From an uncultured Parasutterella sp. (GTDB taxonomy: Bacteria; Pseudomonadota; Gammaproteobacteria; Burkholderiales; Burkholderiaceae_F): 45,224 bases of DNA. The position numbers and the translations under genes were made by a program. The notes beneath the pieces are model-generated. The model had not been told where the DNA came from. It worked only from the letters and a program-made list of their open reading frames with translations, and did no database searches. The stretch is from contig CANQMZ010000001.1 in the NCBI GenBank assembly GCA_947625105.1, positions 1 to 45,224 on the forward strand. The letters run 5' to 3'. Positions 38,029 through 45,224 of the stretch are shown piece by piece. Each line of letters begins with the position of its first letter. Within the stretch, counting starts at the first letter, position 1.

Positions 38029-39309
38029 TTACTTCATTCCCTTGGCCGGAAAGGTTTCAACGGCCTTCCACAAAACTTCGGCACCCTGCATGAAGTCTTC
38101 AATCTTCATCTTTTCATTCGGGTTGTGCGAACCATCTTGATTGGCCACAAAAATCATTGCGGCGGGAATACCTAAATTGCCGAAAACGACTGTGTCATGG
38201 CCGGCTCCGGACGGAAGTTCACGTGCCGGAATGTTCGCCAATTCAGCAGCCTTGACCAAATGCTTTCTAAGTCCTTTATGGATGGCCAAAGGTTTGCTGA
38301 CAATAAGATCATCAAACTCGAATGTGACGCCACGAGCTTTGGCGATCTTAGCGGCCTCTTTGAGGAGCAGAGCATGGAAACCATCAAGTGTTTCCTGTGA
38401 TAAGGAACGAATATCTACGCAGAAGGAGACTTCCCCCGGAACCACCGCGATAGCAGAAGTGGCGGATGTATGAACGACTCCGATGGTAAAGACCAGGTCA
38501 TGACCTTTCTTGAGCCACTTGTCCCAGTTTTTATCCATCTTGTAGGCGAGTTCTGCAAAGGCTAGGACAGCATCATGGCGGAACTGTTTATCGACAGCTC
38601 CTGAGTGGGCTGTCTCCCCTACGCAGCGGATTGTCTTGTGACGAACATTGCCGCGGATACCGGTTACGGCTCCAACCCTAGTTTTAGAAGAGTCAAGGGT
38701 CGGACCTTGCTCAATGTGAAGTTCAATGAAAGCGGCCATCTTGTCGAGGTCGATTACCGGCTTGCCGGTGGTTAGTTCATCAGGGTTGACGCCACATTCG
38801 CGGATAGTCTCTGCAAGAGTTTTACCGCTTGTTCTGTGTTTTAAGGCCAAATCCTGGGCTGTCAGCTGCCCGGTCATTCCTAAAGAACCGACATAACACT
38901 TTCCGAACCAAGAACTCTCTTCCATTCTCATCATGAGAACTGTGTAATCTCTTTCGGGTTGATAGCCTATCTGACGCATCCATCTGGCTACAGTAAGAGA
39001 TGCCACGATACCGGCTAAGCCATCAAAATTGCCGCCCTGAGGAACGGAGTCCGCGTGAGAGCCGCTTACCAAAGCAGGCAGTTCCCTATTTTTTCCCGGA
39101 AGAGTCATCCAAACGCAACCGGCTTTGTCTGTAGAAATTTCAAGATTAAGTTCTTGACCGATCTTTTTGAAGTAATCCAAGACCTCTGTCTCGAGTTTGC
39201 TGTATCCCTGACGGGAGACTCCTTTAACATCTTTGGACATTTCACGAATGTCGTCAAAGCATTTTTGCGCGAAAGCAAGGTTCTCCGTTTGGAAAGGTGT
39301 GTTCATCAA
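38029..39309 (-). CDS. M20 Zn-dependent amidohydrolase (allantoate amidohydrolase / N-carbamoyl-amino-acid hydrolase family)
   Basis: GSHADSV..GGNFDG, EES, ELHIEQGP, HSG, SGAGHD, SHNPNE. Confidence 0.9.
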   Translation of the reverse strand: MMNTPFQTENLAFAQKCFDDIREMSKDVKGVSRQGYSKLETEVLDYFKKIGQELNLEISTDKAGCVWMTLPGKNRELPALVSGSHADSVPQGGNFDGLAGIVASLTVARWMRQIGYQPERDYTVLMMRMEESSWFGKCYVGSLGMTGQLTAQDLALKHRTSGKTLAETIRECGVNPDELTTGKPVIDLDKMAAFIELHIEQGPTLDSSKTRVGAVTGIRGNVRHKTIRCVGETAHSGAVDKQFRHDAVLAFAELAYKMDKNWDKWLKKGHDLVFTIGVVHTSATSAIAVVPGEVSFCVDIRSLSQETLDGFHALLLKEAAKIAKARGVTFEFDDLIVSKPLAIHKGLRKHLVKAAELANIPARELPSGAGHDTVVFGNLGIPAAMIFVANQDGSHNPNEKMKIEDFMQGAEVLWKAVETFPAKGMK

Positions 39310-39604
39310 TTTTCTCCGAAAATATTTTCAACGAATAATCTTAAAAGTTTAGAACTAGATAGAAATGAGTACCTAGATGATGGCAGCAATTTTAAATGGA
39401 AGAAATCCGATTTGAACAAGGGAAGCTGTTTTGTTGCCCTCTATGCAAAACAAGCAAAGGATTTTAATTTGCGACCGATGAAAACCATTAATAAAAAAGC
39501 ACTTGTGAAAGGTAATTTCTTAGCCCCGTTTCTTTAAGATTGTGGATATTCTCAAATGCCAAAACGCTCAACAAAGAGCGCTTTTATAACTAATCGGAAA
39601 TAAA

Positions 39605-40186
39605 GTGGAACAAGTTTTAGTTGCAGTTACCGGTCCTGACCGTTCCGGCGTTGTCTATACCGTTGCTGAGGCTTTGCACAAGCTCAAATGCTCATTTGTG
39701 GATATGGATCAAACCACAGTTCGTAATCAGTTTTCTTCAATTATGATCGTGGAAAAGCAGGAGGCCCTTTCCAAAGAAGAAATACGATCAGCAGTGAACC
39801 ATGCACTTGAAGAGAAGCAATACGATATGTCGGTTCTTGTACGCGAGTGCGTGCCCGGTAAAGCTGTCATTACGAAAGGAGAACCTTTTGTTTTAACCGT
39901 TGATGGAAAGGAAAGTAAGGAGATCATTCTTGCCTATACAAAAATATTCCTTGAAAGCAAGATCAACATTGATAGCTTCCGTTCCATTGAAAATGTTGCC
40001 AATGAGGACGGAGAAGTAATTTCCCGAGGAAAAGATCTGCTGGTTTTTGAAGTCACAATTCCTTTTGAAGTGGATAGAAAAGCCTTGCACAGGACTTTGT
40101 ATGGCATCGCAAAAGATCACAACTTGTCAATGAGCATGCAACACCGCAGAATTTTTGAGGCGGTCCATAGAGTAACAACTGCCTAG
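39605..40186 (+). CDS. Tandem ACT-domain protein (GcvR-like)
   Basis: VTGPDRSGVV, DMDQT, second ACT-like repeat, C-terminal QHRRIFEAVHRV typical of DUF711 partners. Confidence 0.8.
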   Translation: MEQVLVAVTGPDRSGVVYTVAEALHKLKCSFVDMDQTTVRNQFSSIMIVEKQEALSKEEIRSAVNHALEEKQYDMSVLVRECVPGKAVITKGEPFVLTVDGKESKEIILAYTKIFLESKINIDSFRSIENVANEDGEVISRGKDLLVFEVTIPFEVDRKALHRTLYGIAKDHNLSMSMQHRRIFEAVHRVTTA

Positions 40187-40214
40187 TGGTAGGAAAAAGA
40201 AAAGGAAAAGAACA

Positions 40215-41588
40215 ATGCTTACCGAACGCGAAATTATTTCGACACTGGATATGCTCAGGAGCGAGCATCTGGATGTGAGAACGATCACACTCGGCCTGAA
40301 CTTGTTTGATTGCGTCAGTGACGACTTTGATACTTTCTCCTACAAAGTTCGTTCCAAGATTAGCCGTCACGCAAAAAATCTTGTTGCGACTTGCAACGAA
40401 GTGGGCGACCGATACGGTATTCCCGTTGTTAATAAGCGTATTACCGTGTCACCAATCGGGACGGTTTGTGCCGGATTTACCCGGGACCAAATGGTTAAGG
40501 TCTGCAAATTGCTTGACGAATGCGCCGAGGATGCCGGGGTGGATTTCTTGGGCGGATTTGGGGCTTTAGTTGAAAAGGGCATTACTCCAGGTGAAAAAAA
40601 TCTCATTGATGCTTTGCCCGAGGCTTTAGCCGGAACTAATCATGTTTGTTCATCCATCAATGTTGGGCGCACCCGTACTGGCATAAACATGGATGCGGTA
40701 AAACTAATGGGACAAAGAATCCTGGATGTTGCCAACGCAACAGCCGATAGAGACGGCTTGGGTTGCGCAAAACTTGTTGTTTTCTGCAACATTCCTGAAG
40801 ACGTTCCCTTTATGGCGGGTGGCTACCTTGGAGTTGGTGAAGCCGATGCCTGCATCAGTGTGGGGGTCTCAGGCCCCGGAGTGGTTAAAAAGGCTATCGA
40901 CAGGGCGGTGAAAAGACTGGGAGATAAATTAACGATCACCGAAATCGCTGAGATTATCAAGACGACCGCTTTCAAAGTGACTCGAGTAGGTCAACTAATC
41001 GGAAGTGAAGTGGCAGATAGAATGAATTTACCTTTTGGCGTGGCTGACTTGTCTCTTGCCCCCACACCGGAGGTTGGGGATTCTGTGGGAGAGATTTTCC
41101 AAAGTGTCGGTTTGTCTTCAATCGGAGCTCCCGGGTCGACGGCTGTTTTAGCAATGCTTAATGACGCCGTGAAAAAAGGTGGAGTTTTTGCTTCATCCTC
41201 GGTTGGAGGATTGTCAGGTGCTTTCATCCCCGTCAGCGAAGATGGTTCTATCGCAGAGGCGGCGGCAACGGGCAAGCTGACTTTGGAGAAATTAGAGGCG
41301 ATGACTTGCGTGTGTTCAGTCGGTTTGGACATGATCGCCATTCCTGGAGATACTCCTGCCGATGTGATTTCCGCCATCATTGCCGATGAGTCCGCAATCG
41401 GGATGGTCAACGCTAAGACAACGGCTGTCAGACTGATTCCTGTTCCAGGAAAATCAGTAGGAGAAAGAGCCGAGTTCGGTGGTCTGCTGGGAGGGGCCAA
41501 TATCATGGCTGTTCAAGTGGGAAGGGCCTCTGGATTTATAGATCGTGGTGGAAGGATTCCTGCCCCCATCCACAGCTTTAAGAACTAA
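40215..41588 (+). CDS. PFL-like DUF711 / UPF0210 protein
   Basis: LDVRTITLG, GIPVVNKRI, VGVSGPGVV, DLSLAPTP, VGGLSGAFIPVSED, KLEAMTCVCSVGLDM, GRIPAPIHSFKN. Confidence 0.92.
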   Translation: MLTEREIISTLDMLRSEHLDVRTITLGLNLFDCVSDDFDTFSYKVRSKISRHAKNLVATCNEVGDRYGIPVVNKRITVSPIGTVCAGFTRDQMVKVCKLLDECAEDAGVDFLGGFGALVEKGITPGEKNLIDALPEALAGTNHVCSSINVGRTRTGINMDAVKLMGQRILDVANATADRDGLGCAKLVVFCNIPEDVPFMAGGYLGVGEADACISVGVSGPGVVKKAIDRAVKRLGDKLTITEIAEIIKTTAFKVTRVGQLIGSEVADRMNLPFGVADLSLAPTPEVGDSVGEIFQSVGLSSIGAPGSTAVLAMLNDAVKKGGVFASSSVGGLSGAFIPVSEDGSIAEAAATGKLTLEKLEAMTCVCSVGLDMIAIPGDTPADVISAIIADESAIGMVNAKTTAVRLIPVPGKSVGERAEFGGLLGGANIMAVQVGRASGFIDRGGRIPAPIHSFKN

Positions 41589-41610
41589 AGGGAGTCCCTA
41601 GGAGCCGGCT

Positions 41611-41964
41611 ATGACTGAAATCAAACGCATTGATAAAAATTCAAGACTGAGTGAGGCCGTTGTTTACGCCCCGATGGTTTATGTTTCAGGGCAGGTTGAT
41701 CTCGAGTTTCACCGTACCGTCTACGATCAAACGAAGGCGGTGCTGTCTATGGTAGAGGATCTGTTAGAAAAAGCCGGTTCTGACAAGGAACATGTTTTGC
41801 GCTGCACCGTCTATTTAGCGAACATTGGCGCGTTCCATGAAATGAATAAGGCTTGGGATGACTGGGTGAGCAAGGATAATCCTCCGGCTCGCTCTGTCGT
41901 GCAGACTGAACTGCCGGATCCCAGATGGTTAGTTCAAGTTTCAACTATTGCGGTTGTTAAATAG
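41611..41964 (+). CDS. RidA/Rid family imine deaminase (YoaB-like)
   Basis: VYVSGQV, MNKAWD.W, PPAR (catalytic Arg retained). Confidence 0.88.
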   Translation: MTEIKRIDKNSRLSEAVVYAPMVYVSGQVDLEFHRTVYDQTKAVLSMVEDLLEKAGSDKEHVLRCTVYLANIGAFHEMNKAWDDWVSKDNPPARSVVQTELPDPRWLVQVSTIAVVK

Positions 41965-41967
41965 GCG

Positions 41968-43155
41968 CTATTTCATCGCCTGAAAGGCCTGATCAAGGTC
42001 AGCGATTAGGTCTTCTGGATCTTCAAGCCCAACATAGGCTCGAACCATGCGTGAAAGTTCAGGCTTTTGGTTAATGGTCCTTTTGCCATAACTGCGGATT
42101 AGAAGACTCTCGAAGCCTCCCCAGGAATATCCGAGACCAAAAATTTTCAAGGCGTTTAAGAACAGGTCTATTTTCTTGTCCGTAGTTCCCTCTTTGAATA
42201 CAAAACCAAAAAGGCCGGAAGCTCCCTTAAAGTCTCTTTTAAAAAGCGGATATCCTGGATCCTTTGGATAGGCAGGCCAAAGGATTTGTTCCACCTCATC
42301 TCTGTTTTCGAGCCAGTTGATCACGGCGGTGGTGTTTTTTACCACTGCGTCTAACCGAAGGCGAAGAGTACGCAATCCTCTTAGACCCAAATAGACATCC
42401 CGGGCAGAGGCTTTTTGACCAAGAAGCTTGCTTATCTTGTGAACCGCCGGCCATGTCTTCTCATTACAAGTCACCGTTGACATGAGCACATCGGCATGAC
42501 CACAGATGTATTTGGTCGCTGCGTGGATGACAACATCAACTCCGTGTTTTATAGGATTGAAGTTCAAAGGAGTCGCATAGGTATTATCAATCATCGTAAC
42601 CACATTATGGGCGCGGGCTATCTCGGCAATAGCCGGAACATCCTGCATTTCAAAAGTATGGGTACCCGGACTCTCCATGTAGATAAGTGTGGTGTTGGAG
42701 CGAATAAGTTTTTCGATGTCGGAGCCGATGAGAGGATCATAGAACTGAACCTCAATTCCATACTTGGCCATTACTTCTTCGAAAAAGCTTCTGGTAGGGT
42801 TGTAGACCGAGTCAGTGATAAGGACATGGTCTCCATTCTTAGTAAAAGCAAAGACGGGTACAACGCAGCCGGCTAATCCTGTGCTGTAGGCCCATGTACC
42901 TGCTCCGCTTTCCAATTTGTTCATCGCTTCATAGAAGGCGAGGTGAGTAGGGCCAGGATCTGTTCCGTAGCTGAAAGCGGACATATCTCCCTTCAATTGC
43001 CTCTCATTGATTTCTTTCATTGACTCGACACTATCGTAGAGGACGGTGGAGCCTTCAAAAGGAGGAACATTGACGTAGCCAAAGCTTCTTTTAGTGTTTC
43101 TGCCTAGTCTGATGAGGCTAGTTTTTTCATGGTAATTGCCGACTTTTTCTGACAT
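41968..43155 (-). CDS. metC: Cystathionine beta-lyase (start ATG 43155)
   Basis: VNVP...GSTV, YMESPG, DNTYA, HAATKYI.GH PLP lysine, GYSWGGFESL, GLEDPEDL. Confidence 0.9.
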   Translation of the reverse strand: MSEKVGNYHEKTSLIRLGRNTKRSFGYVNVPPFEGSTVLYDSVESMKEINERQLKGDMSAFSYGTDPGPTHLAFYEAMNKLESGAGTWAYSTGLAGCVVPVFAFTKNGDHVLITDSVYNPTRSFFEEVMAKYGIEVQFYDPLIGSDIEKLIRSNTTLIYMESPGTHTFEMQDVPAIAEIARAHNVVTMIDNTYATPLNFNPIKHGVDVVIHAATKYICGHADVLMSTVTCNEKTWPAVHKISKLLGQKASARDVYLGLRGLRTLRLRLDAVVKNTTAVINWLENRDEVEQILWPAYPKDPGYPLFKRDFKGASGLFGFVFKEGTTDKKIDLFLNALKIFGLGYSWGGFESLLIRSYGKRTINQKPELSRMVRAYVGLEDPEDLIADLDQAFQAMK

Positions 43156-43234
43156 TTTGGGCTCGGTTTTGTTTTTAATGGACGAGTATTTTATTCGCAA
43201 TCACAAAAAGTAAAAACTCGACCGTAGTGGGTAT

Positions 43235-43267
43235 AAAAAGAGCCAGATGAAAAAGTTCAACCGGCTC
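43235..43267 (-). terminator. Intrinsic terminator after hup
   Basis: Minus strand GAGCCGG...CTGGCTC followed by TTTTT. Confidence 0.65.
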
Positions 43268-43285
43268 AAGGGCAAAGGGAGGATG

Positions 43286-43561
43286 TTATTTCACCGCATC
43301 CTTGAAGCGTTTGCTAACAACAAACTTGACTTGTCTTGTTTCTGGAATGTTAATTGTGGCGCCAGTTGCAGGATTGCGTCCGATGCGCGCAGCACGCTTT
43401 GTGGCCTTGAAAGTCCCAAAACCGATAAGTGCAACGTCATCGCCGTTTTTAAGAGTCTTTACTACTTCATCTGTAAGAGCTTCCAAAACCGCTTTTACTG
43501 CTACCTTTGATTGGCCTGTGTGAGCGGCCAAAGCGTCAACTAGCTCAGATTTATTCATCAC
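43286..43561 (-). CDS. hup: HU family DNA-binding protein
   Basis: MNKSEL, GFGTF, GRNPATG. Confidence 0.95.
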   Translation of the reverse strand: MMNKSELVDALAAHTGQSKVAVKAVLEALTDEVVKTLKNGDDVALIGFGTFKATKRAARIGRNPATGATINIPETRQVKFVVSKRFKDAVK

Positions 43562-43744
43562 TATTCCTTATAAAAATTAAGAGCCTCCATTGGAGGGTTG
43601 GGCGCATTGTACCGAAAATAAGTGAGTCACACAGATTTATTCATTAAAAACAAACTCAATCCTAGGCATTTGTATAAATATTTGTTCGAAATATCGAGCC
43701 AATAAGGACTTTTTTCTGCTTAGATTGGAAAAATCAACTACGAC

Positions 43745-43779
43745 AAAAAACAACCCACGGTGGGAAAAACCGTGGGTTG
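43745..43779 (-). terminator. Intrinsic terminator after the second porin
   Basis: Perfect 11-bp stem CAACCCACGGT/ACCGTGGGTTG with T6 on the minus strand. Confidence 0.8.
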
Positions 43780-43808
43780 ACTCTGACTCTCACAGACGGA
43801 AAGATTCT

Positions 43809-44876
43809 TTAGAACGTATGTCCGAGTCCCATAGTGGCAGCCCAACCGTAAGATACGTATTCTTTTAACCCCCTGCCTGTCTCGCCGTATGTGGTATGAA
43901 AGTACACAAGAGTGCGTTTGGATAGAGGATAGAGGTAAGCGGCACCAACCGACCAAGCGTTGTATTTCGAATCAGTGTCCTCGATCTTGCCGATTGCTCC
44001 CTGACTTTGTAGCATGAAAGTACCTCCGGCAGCGGGAGCTGATACGGATAACGACAGGGCGTGTTGATTGGCTCCTTTGGTAAGCATTGAAACACTGTGA
44101 TGAACATTCGGTAACTGCAAACTGTGCAATGCATACTGATATGAGCCATAGAGCTTGAAGCAGCCAAAGTCATAGGAGGCTCCGACAGTGAACAAGTTGG
44201 TTGCTTTGTCTCTGGGTTCGCCGGTGTTTGGGGTTTTATTGTCCAACATTTCCCAATAGGCATTAGCATTGAGGGCACCGTTAGAATATGTCGCGCCTAA
44301 ACCATAATAGTGATCATGAGTTGACCATTTGCCTTCTGAGTCATCGGTTTCAACTGCATTGGAATACATGGCAGTCAGTTGCAAACCCGAGAATTCAGGG
44401 GACTTGTAAACGACCGTGTTATCCATCCATTCGGTGACAATGAAAGCGCTATTGATGCCACCTATAGGACTGAATTTAGTAGCATAGACACTGCCTCCCA
44501 TAATCGTGTATGTGCCATCGTCAGAGCCAAGAGCGCCAATTCTTCCGAATGCGATTTGTCCCCAGTTTCCTGAAATCCCCAGGTAACTTTGCCTTCCAAA
44601 AGCATCTCCTGGTTCCGTGGCAGTTCCATCGTCAATGTTAAAGCCTTGTTCCAAATCAAAAAATACGCTATTTCCATTGCCCAAGTCTTCTTGTCCTTTG
44701 ATTCCCCACAGAGTTTTGTACCAGTTGCCGTTAGTAAAGGAGACAGTGGTCGAGGCACCTTTAATTTTTTGGACGGTTAGCCCCGTATCTACTTGGCCAT
44801 ATAAGGTTACAGAAGATTCAGCCAAAGCAAATGGAGTTAGAAGGCAAAGAGAAACTCCAGCAAGAAGTTTTTTCAT
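43809..44876 (-). CDS. Gram-negative porin (start MKKLL at 44876)
   Basis: Signal peptide, SSVTLYGQVD, WGIKGQEDLGNG, YKSPEFSG, YLYPLSKRT, C-terminal GHTF. Confidence 0.92.
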   Translation of the reverse strand: MKKLLAGVSLCLLTPFALAESSVTLYGQVDTGLTVQKIKGASTTVSFTNGNWYKTLWGIKGQEDLGNGNSVFFDLEQGFNIDDGTATEPGDAFGRQSYLGISGNWGQIAFGRIGALGSDDGTYTIMGGSVYATKFSPIGGINSAFIVTEWMDNTVVYKSPEFSGLQLTAMYSNAVETDDSEGKWSTHDHYYGLGATYSNGALNANAYWEMLDNKTPNTGEPRDKATNLFTVGASYDFGCFKLYGSYQYALHSLQLPNVHHSVSMLTKGANQHALSLSVSAPAAGGTFMLQSQGAIGKIEDTDSKYNAWSVGAAYLYPLSKRTLVYFHTTYGETGRGLKEYVSYGWAATMGLGHTF

Positions 44877-45077
44877 TTTCGTTTCCTCTAGAACTTGATT
44901 TAACCCGCGAGTGCGTCCAAACAAACTTATCCTAAATTCTCGGATTGTTTCCTTTGAAACAAATGGGTTTTAAGCCCAAAGTGGTCAAAACAGCAATTTA
45001 AGTAAGGAATTGTTAGTAAATAACATATAAGACTTATAAAAATTATGGTACCATAGCTAACATGATGGAGTTAAAGT

Positions 45078-45224
45078 ATGCGTACCATAACGGAAGTAAC
45101 CTTTAAGATAAAAAAGTCCCAGAGTTTTATTGATAGGGCCCGATTGGATGAACGACAGAAGAGGGCGTTTTACGGATTTCTATCTTCGATGATTGGATAC
45201 GGAGGGAACGCAGCCATTTCTCAT
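45078..45224 (+). CDS. Hypothetical protein, 5' fragment running off the window end
   Basis: GGAG RBS, then ATG 45078 with the frame open to the end: MRTITEVTFKIKKSQSFIDRARLDERQKRAFYGFLSSMIGYGGNAAISH. Confidence 0.5.
   Translation, partial: MRTITEVTFKIKKSQSFIDRARLDERQKRAFYGFLSSMIGYGGNAAISH

Noticed and set aside
1-45224. Mobile elements, CRISPR arrays, tRNA/rRNA genes, defence systems
   Set aside because: No transposase or integrase ORFs, regularly spaced repeats or cloverleaf motifs seen; intergenic gaps are short and explained by promoters and terminators

Overview
Chromosomal region of an anaerobic betaproteobacterium. The gene content, the porins and the yebC-purD-nadD, metG/apbC and bepA/moaC synteny suggest Sutterellaceae (Parasutterella/Turicimonas-like); this taxonomic call is inference. 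Positions 1-17 kb are mostly housekeeping: SulP (partial), metG, apbC, a ferredoxin-NADP reductase, bepA, moaC, an orphan atypical NarL-type regulator, MFS, USP, tcdA, a metallophosphoesterase, nadD, purD and yebC. Positions 17.2-38 kb form an anaerobic organic-acid/respiration block. It holds a complete but split nickel-pincer (Lar) system: larA with malate-racemase-like residues, and larB-larC(short)-larE(Fe-S type) plus an SMR gene, divergent from dcuB. Between the two halves sits an uncharacterised Tat-exported molybdoenzyme + 4x[4Fe-4S] + TorD + heme-less flavin enoate reductase module, with a divergent porin and no membrane anchor. A napDAGHB operon lacking napC follows, with a convergent NarX/NarL pair. 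The right end has an M20 amidohydrolase, ACT-DUF711-RidA, metC, HU, a second porin and a truncated unknown ORF. I saw no rRNA, tRNA, CRISPR array or mobile element.
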